Positions 45,914 through 56,651 of a DNA stretch of 64,000 bases are shown in pieces. The stretch is from Methanobacteriota archaeon (GTDB taxonomy: Archaea > Methanobacteriota > Methanobacteria > Methanobacteriales > Methanobacteriaceae). The stretch spans positions 96,001 through 160,000 of the forward strand of contig CAWBCJ010000029.1 in assembly GCA_963787255.1 (NCBI GenBank), written 5' to 3'. The translations under genes were made by a program, and so were the position numbers. Numbering within the stretch: position 1 is the stretch's first letter; each line of letters opens with the position of its first letter. The notes below the pieces were generated by a model, which was not told the origin of the DNA, did not search any database, and saw only the letters and a list, made by a program, of their open reading frames with translations.

Positions 45914-47414
45914 TCATTCATTCTTAAGTATCAATTCTGCAGCATTTCTTCCCGAATAAGCAACGCTTGGCACCCCCGAAGGCCCTACCCAGTGTCCAGC
46001 CTGGTAAAGTCCCTGAATGAATGGAATTTTCTGTTTCCATTGTTTTAAGTCCGTATAACTCCAACCAACAGCAGCACCATGGTAATTATAAGTATAACGG
46101 TACATTGTTATTGGTGTGGCTATATCAAGATAAATAATATGTTGACTGATACCCGGCATATTAGCTTCAAGTTTTTTTATCAAATCGGAGGCAAATACTT
46201 TTTTGAATTCCTTATATTCATCTCCCCTTCGTAATTCAGGGTCCTGTTCTCCAGTAATTTTCAAAATCAAATGTTGCTGGAAACACAATTTGAATCCCAT
46301 GAATATTAGAATCTAATCGTTCGCTACGATATTTTGGGAAATTCAAATGAAATGAAGATTTTTCAGGATTGTTCGGCGTCATTGCTTCTTTTATATCCAA
46401 AGAAGAGTTAATAAACACATCTGAGCCGTCAAAACCATATTCAGATGGATCTATGTCGGTTACAATTGAAACTATGAAAAATGTATCAGAAACAGGTGTA
46501 GAATCTAATTTTTTCTTAAACTTTAGGGGAATCATTTCAGGATCAATAAGTTTATTAAACGTTGTTTTAGCATCTATCGCAGATATCATATTTCCAGCGT
46601 TGAATTCGCTTCCATCTTCAAGTATAACTCCTCTTACTTTTTTATTTTCTATTTTAATTCTTTTTACCATTTTTGAATAAAAAATCTCCCCACCATTTGT
46701 GATTACGGCTTCCTCGAATGCATCAGCAATCTTTTGCGCTCCACCAACTGGAGCATGTGCTCTTCCCTTCAATGCAAATCCAATAAAAGCAAGCATTCCT
46801 ATAGCGCTGATACCTTCAATAGGGGCGATGCTAAAAAGAGCAACGCGCAGGCTTTTTAGAATTTCTCCAGGAAATAAAGATTCAAGGAACTTTTCTGCGG
46901 GCATCTTACTGTATTTCAGAATTTTTTTCAATTTAAATGGAATTTGTACTCCCATTAATACCTTAGAGAAAATCGACATTAATTCAAGACTTTCAGATGG
47001 GGCATGCATCAGTTCATTTTCAATTGCAAGTGATTCATGGACTAATTTATCCAATGATTTCCGATTTACATTTGGATAAGTATTCAAAATTGAATTTTCA
47101 AATTTTTCACGGTCCTTGGTTAGTATAATATCTAATCCTTCATCAGGACCCATATAATGACCTACAGGTTCGTGAAGAGCAAACTCAAGGGTTTGAACAT
47201 TTAATTCTTTGAGCATTTCGTTTATCTTGTGTGGAAAAGCTGTCCAGTGTGCACTAATGTCAAAAATCACGCCTTTTCTAGTAAAAGAGGTATAGTAACC
47301 TCCCGGCTTCTTATGCTGCTCGAAAACAGCCACCTCTTTCCCGGCTTTAGCAAGATAAGCTGCAGAACTTAAACCTGCTATTCCTCCACCAATCACAATT
47401 GTATCATATTTCAT
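45914..47414 (-). CDS. Phytoene desaturase (CrtI)-like FAD oxidoreductase, frameshift near 46245
   Basis: IVIGGGIAGL, EQHKKPGG, PVGGAQ; ATPIT..RYT...GA, GLYQAG. Confidence 0.82.
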
Positions 47415-47430
47415 GTAATACTCTTTATTT

Positions 47431-48339
47431 TTAATTTATTATATCATCTAATCTATCTTTAATTTGTATGTATTCTTTTTTATTAAAACTGCATTCCCGC
47501 ATGCAAATGGTGCACCCATGGCATAAATCTTTAATGATTTTAGTTCTTATTTCGCCGTTTTCAAGAAATTCTTCAATGATGGCATTTCCCGGACACTTCC
47601 TAATACATCCACCACATTTTGCGCAGAAATCAGGGACCCATAAGTGTTCATTTTCGTTTTTTACCGGCAAATTTTTAATACTGGTAAATATAACTGATAA
47701 TCTTTGTCTTGGTCCAAATTCAGGAGTTATTAACATTCCATGCCTTCCCCTGTAACCTAAACCTGCCTTCTGTGCAAGAGGTGGGTACATAACAAGTCCT
47801 CCTGCGGGATGACTGGCATGGGCCGCGAATCCGTTTTCTCGTAAGAATTCAGCAAGTTCATTGGTCTTTTTACCAAGTTCATCATAGGTTACAACACCCA
47901 TTTCCTGTGTTTCCTGGCTTGGAGCCGCGTCAATGGATTTTTTATCCATTTCCATAATAAGCACAATTGCATTATCAAATAATATTGCTTTATCTTTGAA
48001 TATTAGCTCAGAAGGTACTTTTACATATCCCACCTTATTTATACCAATTGATTTTGTATAATTTTCAAGTTTTTCAATAAATACATTTTCTGCTTGAATT
48101 TTTGGGTTTTTGGGATTATTTTTTAGTGATTTAACCGTGAATTCCATATTTTTTGCTATTGAAAGCTGTTTTGGAAGTGTTTTAATTGTGATTTTTAGTT
48201 TATCCGGCATTAATTTTTCTGGAGATGTTGGTGATGCCATTACACATCCTTCTTTTTCTTTTACACTATCTTCAAGTTCATTAATCTTTGTTAGCCTGTA
48301 ATTAGCATATTTATTCTTTATTCCATTTAATACTCCCAT
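47431..48339 (-). CDS. Reductive dehalogenase/QueG-like 2x[4Fe-4S] protein
   Basis: AQKAGLG..GRHGMLITPEFGPRQRL..IFT; FCAKCGGCIRKCP; CHGCTICMREC. Confidence 0.75.
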   Translation of the reverse strand: MGVLNGIKNKYANYRLTKINELEDSVKEKEGCVMASPTSPEKLMPDKLKITIKTLPKQLSIAKNMEFTVKSLKNNPKNPKIQAENVFIEKLENYTKSIGINKVGYVKVPSELIFKDKAILFDNAIVLIMEMDKKSIDAAPSQETQEMGVVTYDELGKKTNELAEFLRENGFAAHASHPAGGLVMYPPLAQKAGLGYRGRHGMLITPEFGPRQRLSVIFTSIKNLPVKNENEHLWVPDFCAKCGGCIRKCPGNAIIEEFLENGEIRTKIIKDLCHGCTICMRECSFNKKEYIQIKDRLDDIIN

Positions 48340-48505
48340 AATATTCCCCTATCATATTAGTAACTAATTTTAAATTAAATTTAGATTATTTTATACTTTT
48401 ATTAGGAAGTTTTAAGTTATTGTTTATAAATTTCCTGATTTTATTGTGTTAATTAACACTTTTTTTATCCAATAATTAAAAATTTTATAATAAGTACATA
48501 TCCTT

Positions 48506-49690
48506 TTAGCATGCTGGAATTGGTTCTACTTTGTGAGGTTCTTCCAATTTGATTTTAAATAATTTCATCAGATGATCAACGTTAATTTCTGTGGGAATTC
48601 CTTTGTTGTCCCAGTGGTTTTTACAACTTGCAGAATCTAAAAGTACACATTGAGCTGGAATCCCTATAGAATTTGATTTCCAGCCTCCTGCAATAAGATT
48701 TGATACACATGCAACCCCTACAATTCCAAGTTCTTTTCAATCATCTTTTGAGCTTTTAGAGAATGCTGATGATTCATGAGAAATAATATACACCTCAAAT
48801 TCATAGATTTCTCCCATATCTGTTAGTTGATGAACGTTACAATTTTTTACACACCCTATGCATCTTAAACCCAGTTTTGTTTCTTCTGCTTTACAAATTT
48901 CCTGAGATATTCTCATACAGCCAGGTAAAAGAAGAGCCTTTCTGGGCCTATCTTCAAATTCTTTATTAAATGCTCGGTTCATGATTTCTGCACCAACCAT
49001 ATTTAAATGGTATTCCACCTCTTTTCTACTGCAAAAAATTACATCTTCCTTAAATAAATGTTCATGCTGTTTATTTTTTAAAAAATTATCCAGATTTGAT
49101 GTGTATTTACCAAAAGTTACTTTACTTACAGATTCAAACCATTCAGCAAATAAAATGGTGTTTGAAAGAAACTTTAAAACTTCATCCTGTGTTTTTACCT
49201 TTAGAAAAGATTTCCAGATCTTCAAACGCTCTACTTCTTGTGAAAAATCCCCTGCAGCTACAAGGTATCCTAAAAGTTTATCCATCCCATTTATGTCTAA
49301 TTCCAACGAATAATTATCATTTTCTTCTTTAGGCATTAAAAATGGAGTCATTACCATGCCCCGTATTAAATCTATGATTTCCTTTGCTGGCTTGTTTTTC
49401 TGGCGTTCTAGAGCAAAACTTTCCAGTAATTTTTGTGGGTTTTCATCCAGTTTGGAAGCTCTGGAAGAGTATACTCTCCAGAAAGTACCGAACATTAGAA
49501 ATTCAAATATGTATTCTTCATTGCTTCTGATTTTATCCATTCCATTTTCCTGGACGTATTCTTTAAATTCGAATATGGTGGAATGGGCATCAAATTCATT
49601 TAATATTTCATCAGTAAATGATTTAATCTCTTCATAATATTCATTTGAATTATTCTGGTTTCCTTTAAGTGAATAAGTAATATATTCCAT
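48506..49690 (-). CDS. DUF116 domain protein, frameshift near 48740
   Basis: LLLPGCM...C.A...GLRC.GC...C; alternate frame continues GIVGVAC...AQCVLLD...CKNHW. Confidence 0.75.
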
Positions 49691-49699
49691 TTTTTAACC

Positions 49700-50371
49700 T
49701 CCAATAGATTTTGGTGTCATCAATTTTTACAACTTCTAAAAGGAATTTTGCGTGGTTAGACATTCGTTCCCAAACCATATTCCATAAAAGTTTCATTTTC
49801 ATCGTATTTCAGGACAAAATACTCAAAGAAAAGATAAATTGCAAAGTGAAAAATACTCATAAGCAAGTATTTTAGGATCTACTGGCTTTATCACTTTTTT
49901 TTCTATCATTTTTGTAAAGATCTTTTCCCAAGCATCTATTGGTTCTTCTAAAAGTACATTTTTGTAAAAATTTCTTATTTTTTCGTTGTGATAGAGTTCT
50001 ATAGATATAATTCTCCATATTTTTTCATTTTTTGGAGCACTCATCCTTTCAAAGAATGCTCTTCCCCCAACTTCAAAAAATAATTCAGGAGTTTCCATTA
50101 ATTTCTCCATTTCTTCCTCAGGAGGACTACTACTTACTAATTCAGACATGAAATAGTCAATTATAGCATCCAGAATAGCTTCTTTATTTTTATAATGATT
50201 GTATATTGAACTTTCCCTTATTCCTACTTCTCTTGCGATTTCACGTACTGATACTGCGTCAAATCCTTTTTGTGAGAAAAGATCAATTGATACATCAAAT
50301 ATTTTTTCTTTTGTTGATTTTTTTGTCTCGTTTTGTTTTTTTGATTGTTTTTTTATTGTTTGATTTTTCAT
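49700..50371 (-). CDS. TetR/AcrR family regulator; C-terminus frameshifted, end approximate
   Basis: [48 protein letters not shown] helix-turn-helix. Confidence 0.88.
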
Positions 50372-50385
50372 GATCTTAACTTCCT

Positions 50386-50460
50386 TAACTAACGAACGTT
50401 AGCTTCTTGATTGTACTGTATATCTTCTACTATATAAATGTAACGAACGAACGTTAGTTA
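50386..50460. promoter_or_regulatory. Paired palindromic operators flanking the tetR TATA box
   Basis: CTAACG-AA-CGTTAG at 50389-50402 and near-copy CGAACG-AA-CGTTAG at 50444-50457; minus-strand TTTATATA at 50431-50438 lies between them. Confidence 0.7.
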
Positions 50461-50535
50461 AAATTAAGGAGACTAAAAATCTATTTAAAATTAACTAAAA
50501 AAAACTTAATCTTCAAAAAATAATATTTATTAAAA

Positions 50536-50925
50536 TTAAATAAATGATTTATCAGTGCTAAGAGGCTCTTTTAAAAAATCAATTTCTAATCTGCAATAGT
50601 TACTAGTATACGAAGTTAATTCACCCATTAAATCATGTTTACATCCTTCACCTTCATCTTTCCATAAATATTCACTTATTTCAAAATAAAACGTGTTATT
50701 TTCTTTTTCAGTTTTATAATAAGTATCCATGAATTTTTCATCTAATTCACTTTCAGGAAGTTTTTTATCGCTAATCCAGTATTTAACAATTAAATAATTG
50801 CCGTATTTTTCTGAATCATCCTGAATAATTGTTTTTAAAGGTTTTTCATATTTATCTAAATACAAATTAGCATTATTTGAGTTATTTTTGTGGATTAATT
50901 GCCCTTCATAAACCTTTTTTGTCAT
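50536..50925 (-). CDS. Hypothetical protein
   Basis: 129-aa ORF with strong AGGAGG RBS; no recognised motif. Confidence 0.6.
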   Translation of the reverse strand: MTKKVYEGQLIHKNNSNNANLYLDKYEKPLKTIIQDDSEKYGNYLIVKYWISDKKLPESELDEKFMDTYYKTEKENNTFYFEISEYLWKDEGEGCKHDLMGELTSYTSNYCRLEIDFLKEPLSTDKSFI

Positions 50926-51073
50926 TTAATTCCTCCTTAATAATTAATATTGTGTCCAAATTAATTAATAATTTTCCCTAAAATAACATATTAAGACTTA
51001 TTTCTTAAATCCAAGATTAATCCGGTTAATTTTAAATAAGAGTATAATTCAAAGTATATTACGGTGCAGATTA

Positions 51074-51541
51074 ATGAGAAGAAGCGATAAGGAAATAAAA
51101 GACAAAGATACCATTGAACATGTATTAAAAGAAGCTCAAGTATGTAGAATTGCTCTTTGTGACTATGATCAGCCTTATATTATTCCAATGAACTTTGGTT
51201 ATAAAGATAATAACCTATATCTCCATTCAGCATTAGAAGGACATAAAATAGACATTCTAAATAAAAATAACAATGTTTGCCTTGAAGTAGATATTAAAGC
51301 AGAGATTGTAAGTTCTGATAACGCCTGTGACTGGGGGATGAAATACTATAGCGTGATTGGATCTGGAAAAGCGCATTTCGTGGGAGATATAAACGAAAAA
51401 AAGAAAGCTTTAGATATTATAATGCAAAAATACAGCAGAAATAATGCCAAATCATTTGAATATTCCAAATTAGCTCTTGATAAAATAGTTGTTATTAAAG
51501 TCAAATTAACAGAAATAACCGGGAAAAAATCTGGTTATTAA
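51074..51541 (+). CDS. Pyridoxamine 5'-phosphate oxidase-like (NimA-type) flavin-binding protein
   Basis: MRRSDKEI, PYIIPMNFGY, LHSA.EGHK, YYSVIG.G, ITGK. Confidence 0.85.
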   Translation: MRRSDKEIKDKDTIEHVLKEAQVCRIALCDYDQPYIIPMNFGYKDNNLYLHSALEGHKIDILNKNNNVCLEVDIKAEIVSSDNACDWGMKYYSVIGSGKAHFVGDINEKKKALDIIMQKYSRNNAKSFEYSKLALDKIVVIKVKLTEITGKKSGY

Positions 51542-51559
51542 AATTAAAGAAGTGATTAA

Positions 51560-52156
51560 ATGAAAGTACTGGTAATTTTAGGTCATCCTACGGCTGGAAG
51601 TTTTAATCATGCCATTGCAGAAACTGTTGCGGCTAAATTACGGGAAAACAGCCATGAAGTAATATATCATGATTTACACGCTGAAAAATTTGATCCAATC
51701 CTTTTAGGAAAAGAAATCCCTAAAGATGCAGAATTAGATCCTATAATCAAAAAACACTGCAAAGAAATTTCTGAAGCTGATGGGATAATCGTGATTCATC
51801 CCAACTGGTGGGGTCAGCCCCCTGCTATTTTAAAGGGTTACATTGACAGAGTAATAAGAGCAGGAGTGGCCTATGAATTTATAGACGGTGATGATGGTGA
51901 AGGAGTTCCTGTAGGATTATTAAAGGCAAAAACTGCAATTGTATTTAATACTTCTAATACATCAGGAAAAAGAGAAATTGAAGTTTTTGGAGATCCTCTA
52001 GAACTCATCTGGAAAAATTGTATTTTTGATCTATGCGGGGTGGATAATTTTTACAGAAAAATGTACCGCGTTATAGTTACAAGCATTAAAAAAGAGCGTG
52101 AAAAATGGCTGGAAGATGTTAAGGAAACTGTTGATAAATATTTTCCACCAAAATAA
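51560..52156 (+). CDS. Flavodoxin-fold NAD(P)H dehydrogenase (quinone)
   Basis: GHP..GSFNHA, HPNWWGQPPAILKGYIDRV. Confidence 0.88.
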   Translation: MKVLVILGHPTAGSFNHAIAETVAAKLRENSHEVIYHDLHAEKFDPILLGKEIPKDAELDPIIKKHCKEISEADGIIVIHPNWWGQPPAILKGYIDRVIRAGVAYEFIDGDDGEGVPVGLLKAKTAIVFNTSNTSGKREIEVFGDPLELIWKNCIFDLCGVDNFYRKMYRVIVTSIKKEREKWLEDVKETVDKYFPPK

Positions 52157-52244
52157 TGAAAAAAGAAATATTTAAAATATTAGTAATGATTGAATAATAA
52201 AATATACATTTAATTAAATTCATAACGTATTAATAGTGGTTTAA

Positions 52245-52901
52245 ATGGGGAAACTTGCAATAACTATAAAATCAGATAATAAGCCGGGTGTTTTACGTGA
52301 TATTACTGATTTAATGGCAAAATGCGGAATGAACATTATTTATACTCATCTTTTTATAGAAAAAGACGGATCATCATCAGTATACATGGAACTTGAAGGA
52401 GTTAGAAATGGAGAAGAACTTTCAAACAATGTAAAAAAGTTTGAATCTGTAAATAAAGTGGAAATTCATCCTTCTTTAAGTGAAATTTATGGAAAAAGAA
52501 TTATTATTATTGGTGGCGGCGCTCAGGTAGCCCAAGTTGCACAGGGAGCCATAGTAGAGGCAGATAGGCACAATATAAGGGGTGAACGTATTAGTATTGA
52601 TACAATTCCTCTTGTAGGAGAAGAAGAGCTTGCAGATGCGGTATCAGCTGTGGGAAGACTCCCTCGAATAGGTGCTCTAGTTCTTGCAGGTTCTTTAATG
52701 GGTGGAAAAATCTCTGATGCAGTTGAAGAGATTAAAAAAGAACACGATGTTATTATAATAAGCTTAAACATGCCTGGAAGTGTCAGAAATATGGCAGATT
52801 TAGTAGTTACAGACCCTGTTCAAGCTGGAGTTATGGCAGTTATGGCTGTGGCTGATACAGCAATATTTGATATTAAAAAGGTAAAAAATAAAAGGTTTTA
52901 A
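52245..52901 (+). CDS. ACT-domain protein (DUF5612-like)
   Basis: N-terminal [12 protein letters not shown]; [33 protein letters not shown]. Confidence 0.8.
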   Translation: MGKLAITIKSDNKPGVLRDITDLMAKCGMNIIYTHLFIEKDGSSSVYMELEGVRNGEELSNNVKKFESVNKVEIHPSLSEIYGKRIIIIGGGAQVAQVAQGAIVEADRHNIRGERISIDTIPLVGEEELADAVSAVGRLPRIGALVLAGSLMGGKISDAVEEIKKEHDVIIISLNMPGSVRNMADLVVTDPVQAGVMAVMAVADTAIFDIKKVKNKRF

Positions 52902-53182
52902 CTCATTTCTATAGCTCTAATCAGTATACTTGCAGCGTTTTTAAGTTCAGTATCCTTAATTTCCCCGCTTTCTCTGATTTTAAGGGCCATTCCCAGTACT
53001 TTTCTTACATCATCGGGTTTAAGGTTTTCAGCCATTTCAAGGTAGGTCTGATCTCCTTTTTCTTCAATTTCGAGTTTTTTTGTTTCCATTAACTCAAGCA
53101 TTACTTTACATGCACCCATGATATCGCCGCTTCCAGCGCTTTCCTGGCATTTTTTTAATAATTCTTCAGATTTTGCATCCAT
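52898..53182 (-). CDS. Small helical C-x12-C protein, paralog 4 (most divergent)
   Basis: [20 protein letters not shown]...[15 protein letters not shown]; GGTG RBS. Confidence 0.8.
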   Translation of the reverse strand: MDAKSEELLKKCQESAGSGDIMGACKVMLELMETKKLEIEEKGDQTYLEMAENLKPDDVRKVLGMALKIRESGEIKDTELKNAASILIRAIEMS

Positions 53183-53366
53183 TTATAACACCAATAGTTA
53201 TTATGCACTATAATGGATTTATATTTGATTATTATGCGTTTTCAAAATAATAATACTTGAATTGTTATTCCATCTAAATAATCTAAAACAGTAGTTTATG
53301 TAATTAATTAAAAAAAATAATTTGTTTAAAAATTTAAAAAATGAAATTATGCTGCTTACGTTAATA

Positions 53367-53675
53367 TTAAAACATTTCAATGGCTCTAATTAATCGTGCT
53401 GCAGCGTTTTTTACTTCGGTATCGGTTATATCTCCACTATCTCTTACTATAAATGCAATTCTAAGAACCTCTGGAACATCTTTTGGGGCTATGTTTTGCG
53501 CCATCTGAATGTAAGATTGTCCTGTTTCATCATTTAATACAATATTTCCACTTTCCATTTCTTCTAAAAGTACCTGGCATGCGCCCATTCCCTGAGTAGC
53601 AATTTCCTTATCTTCACATTTTTTCATCAATTTCTTTGCATTTTCATCGAGAGGTATATTTTTTTGCTTCATCAT
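53367..53675 (-). CDS. Small helical C-x12-C protein, paralog 3
   Basis: KKCEDKEIATQGMGACQVLL...EVKNAAARLIRAIEMF; AGGTGA RBS. Confidence 0.8.
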   Translation of the reverse strand: MMKQKNIPLDENAKKLMKKCEDKEIATQGMGACQVLLEEMESGNIVLNDETGQSYIQMAQNIAPKDVPEVLRIAFIVRDSGDITDTEVKNAAARLIRAIEMF

Positions 53676-54324
53676 ATCACCTATAGCTTCTTATTTAATA
53701 AATAGATAGTTAAAGTGCTTCTATCACCCTAATCAGCCTATCCGCAGCGACTTTAAGTTCAGGTTCAAGATTTGGACGCTCTTTAATTTTAAATGCCATC
53801 ATAAGGATTTTTGGTACATCTCGTGCTTCAATTTCTTGAGCCATCATTAAATAAGACACATCATGATTCATTTCCCCTAAATCTATTTCTTCCCTGTCCA
53901 TCTCTTCTAAAAGTACCTGGCATGCGCCCATTCCCTGAGTAGCAATTTCCTTATCTTCACATTTTTTCATCAATTTCTTTGCATTTTCATCCAGAGCAAT
54001 CTTTTTAGGGTGCATGAAATCACCAGAATAGTCAAATCTTGACAATATTCTTAATGATTAATTAAAAGGCTTCTATTGCTCTTATTAATCTGTTTGCAGC
54101 GTTTTTAAGTTCAGGACTAACATTTGGATCTTGTTTCATTTTTAATGCCATATCAAGAACTTTAGGAACGTCTTCGGGAGTTATGTTTTGTGCCATCTGC
54201 ATGTAAGATTGGTTTGGATCGTCCCCTTCAAACATTATATCCTCTTTTTCCATTTCCTTTAAAAGTACCTGGCATGCGCCCATTCCCTGAGTAGCAATTT
54301 CCTTATCTTCACATTTTTTCATCA
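53560..54324. repeat. Three identical 65-nt direct repeats inside the paralogs (53565-53629, 53908-53972, 54260-54324); first two identical over 89 nt
   Basis: TAAAAGTACCTGGCATGCGCCCATTCCCTGAGTAGCAATTTCCTTATCTTCACATTTTTTCATCA read three times; 53560-53648 equals 53903-53991. Confidence 0.92.
53710..54015 (-). CDS. Small helical C-x12-C protein, paralog 2
   Basis: Same core; ATG 54015 follows GGTGA RBS. Confidence 0.8.
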   Translation of the reverse strand: MHPKKIALDENAKKLMKKCEDKEIATQGMGACQVLLEEMDREEIDLGEMNHDVSYLMMAQEIEARDVPKILMMAFKIKERPNLEPELKVAADRLIRVIEAL

Positions 54325-54352
54325 GTTTCAGTTCATTTTCATTCATTTGCAT
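54062..54352 (-). CDS. Small helical C-x12-C protein, paralog 1
   Basis: Same core; GGTGA RBS. Confidence 0.8.
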   Translation of the reverse strand: MQMNENELKLMKKCEDKEIATQGMGACQVLLKEMEKEDIMFEGDDPNQSYMQMAQNITPEDVPKVLDMALKMKQDPNVSPELKNAANRLIRAIEAF

Positions 54353-54636
54353 ATTATCACCAGCTTAATATATGATCTTTAAAGGATTTAAATTTAATAC
54401 TAGTTTAAAAAATAATATGATAATTAGGAGGATTAGGAATAGGTATTACTGAATCAAAAATTCTAAATAACAAAAAGCACATACTAAAATAAAAAAAATA
54501 TTTTCCACAATTTAAAAATGAATAAATCCAACATAATACCCCATAATTAAATTTAAATCTTAAATACAGAACTTAAATTGATATTACGCCCATACCAACT
54601 AATTAATATTATATAAATAGCTTTGGAGGTAATTAA

Positions 54637-56118
54637 ATGTTGAAATACCGATGTTTAATATGTGAATATGTATATGATCCCCAAAAAGGAGATCCTGATA
54701 CTGGAATCAACCCCGGAACTTCATTTGAAGACCTGCCTGATGATTGGCTGTGTCCAGTATGTGGAGTAGGTAAAGATCAATTTGAACCAATGGAAGAAGA
54801 GCAAAAAGAATCTAAAAAAGAAGAAAATGAGATGTTTTGCTATCAATGCTCTCAAACAGCAAGAGGAACAGGGTGCACAATACAAGGAGTATGTGGAAAA
54901 AGCGCAACTGCTGCAAGGCTTCAAGATAATCTTTTATTTGCAATTAAAGGAATATCCGCCTATCTTTACCATGCAAGAGAACTTGGATACACTGATCCAG
55001 AAATTGATGCATTTATGGAACGTGGATTTTACTCAACACTTACCAATGTCAATATAGACGTTCCAGAGTTAATTCAACTAGCTCTTGAAGCTGGAGAAAT
55101 GAATATAAAGACCATGAGACTTCTTAAAACTGCTCTTATTGAAAAATATGGTGAACCTACACCAGTTGAAGTTAGTACTGGAACTAAAAAAGGACATGGA
55201 ATCGTGGCAACTGGACACAGTATGAAAACACTTGAGGAGCTTCTAAAACAAACAGAAGGAACTGGAATTAATGTTTACACTCATTCTGAGCTTCTTCCTG
55301 CACATGGGTATCCTGAATTAAGAAAATATGACCATCTTGTTGGGCAGCTAGGTAAATCATGGTTTGATCAAAGAAAAGTGTTCTCTAAATATCCTGTGGC
55401 AATCCTTGGAACTTCAAACTGCGTTTTACCACCAAAAGAAGATTACAGAGATCGAATGTTCACTTCAGGAGTTGCAAGACTAACTGGAGTCCAGCATATA
55501 GAAGGTTATGACTTTTCTCCAGTAATTAACACTGCAAAATCCTTACCTGAGCTTAAAGAGGAGCCCGGAGATAGAATGATGGCAACAGGATTTGGAGCTT
55601 CCACAATTCTTGCACTCGCACCAAAAATAAAAGAACTGGTAGAAGCTGGAAAAATAAGGCGTTTTTTCCTTGTAGGAGGCTGCGATGCCCCTCTTGCAAA
55701 ATCACCATATTACACTGAATTTGTAGAGAAATTACCTGAAGATACGGTGATTTTGACCCTTGCCTGCGGTAAATTCAGAATGAATCAGTTGCCCCTTGGC
55801 GATATTGAAGGAATCCCCCGACTAATAGATATAGGACAATGCAATGATGCCATCGTTGGAATTGACATCGTAACGGCACTATCAGACCTTTTTGGACTTG
55901 AAGTAAATGAACTTCCACTGACATTTGTTTTAAGCTGGATGGAACAGAAAGCCGCAGCAATACTATGGAGCCTGCTCTATCTTGGAATAAAAGGAATTTA
56001 CCTGGGCCCAATAGCTCCAGCATGGGTTAATGAAGATATTTTAAACGTTCTAGTTGAAAACTACGATATAAAACTAATAAGTACCCCCGAAGAGGATATT
56101 AAAGAAATTTTAGGGTAA
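54637..56118 (+). CDS. hcp: Hybrid cluster protein (hydroxylamine/NO reductase) with N-terminal rubredoxin domain
   Basis: [10 protein letters not shown]...[11 protein letters not shown] rubredoxin; MFCYQCSQT...GC...[37 protein letters not shown]. Confidence 0.93.
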   Translation: MLKYRCLICEYVYDPQKGDPDTGINPGTSFEDLPDDWLCPVCGVGKDQFEPMEEEQKESKKEENEMFCYQCSQTARGTGCTIQGVCGKSATAARLQDNLLFAIKGISAYLYHARELGYTDPEIDAFMERGFYSTLTNVNIDVPELIQLALEAGEMNIKTMRLLKTALIEKYGEPTPVEVSTGTKKGHGIVATGHSMKTLEELLKQTEGTGINVYTHSELLPAHGYPELRKYDHLVGQLGKSWFDQRKVFSKYPVAILGTSNCVLPPKEDYRDRMFTSGVARLTGVQHIEGYDFSPVINTAKSLPELKEEPGDRMMATGFGASTILALAPKIKELVEAGKIRRFFLVGGCDAPLAKSPYYTEFVEKLPEDTVILTLACGKFRMNQLPLGDIEGIPRLIDIGQCNDAIVGIDIVTALSDLFGLEVNELPLTFVLSWMEQKAAAILWSLLYLGIKGIYLGPIAPAWVNEDILNVLVENYDIKLISTPEEDIKEILG

Positions 56119-56216
56119 AAAAAATAATACCCTATTTAAATTTTATAATTATTTTGTTCTATCATCTACGAAAAATATTTTTATTACCTATTTTAAAGTC
56201 ATATAATGTGATTTAA

Positions 56217-56411
56217 ATGACTAGAGACAATAATATCGATAAAGAGTTTGAAGCTCAATTAAAAGGTAAAATGGGCTGGAAATGCTCCTGTTCACTGGAT
56301 ATCATTGATAAAGAATCTTCACTTAGAACGGTTACATGTAAAGGATGCGGCAAAGTTTTTAAAACTAATAGGAATACAGATTATTGTTTTAAATGTGAAA
56401 GTAAACATTAA
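56217..56411 (+). CDS. Small Cys-rich (Zn-ribbon-like) protein
   Basis: CSC...CKGC...CFKC. Confidence 0.6.
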   Translation: MTRDNNIDKEFEAQLKGKMGWKCSCSLDIIDKESSLRTVTCKGCGKVFKTNRNTDYCFKCESKH

Positions 56412-56421
56412 TGGTGAAAAT

Positions 56422-56637
56422 ATGGCAAAAATAGAAATTGAACGGCCCATGTGCATATCTTGTGGAAACTGTATTGATATATGCCCAGAAATGTTTGAAT
56501 ATGGTGATGATGGACTTTCAACTCTTAAAGAAGGTGAAAGAGTTGGGGATAATGATGAAAGAGAATTAGAAAATCCTGGATGTGCTGTAGATGCAGAAGC
56601 AAGTTGTCCTGTATCTATAATTCACGTTTATGATTAA
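56422..56637 (+). CDS. Single-cluster ferredoxin
   Basis: CISCGNCIDICP...CPVSII; ATG 56422 after GGTGA. Confidence 0.85.
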   Translation: MAKIEIERPMCISCGNCIDICPEMFEYGDDGLSTLKEGERVGDNDERELENPGCAVDAEASCPVSIIHVYD

Positions 56638-56651
56638 TTGGAGGCCATAAA

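Noticed and set aside
53560-54324. Three identical repeats considered as a CRISPR array or C/D sRNAs
   Set aside because: Repeats are 65 nt with ~280-nt in-frame coding spacers and no cas genes; the sense strand has a TGATGA but no matching CTGA D boxes.
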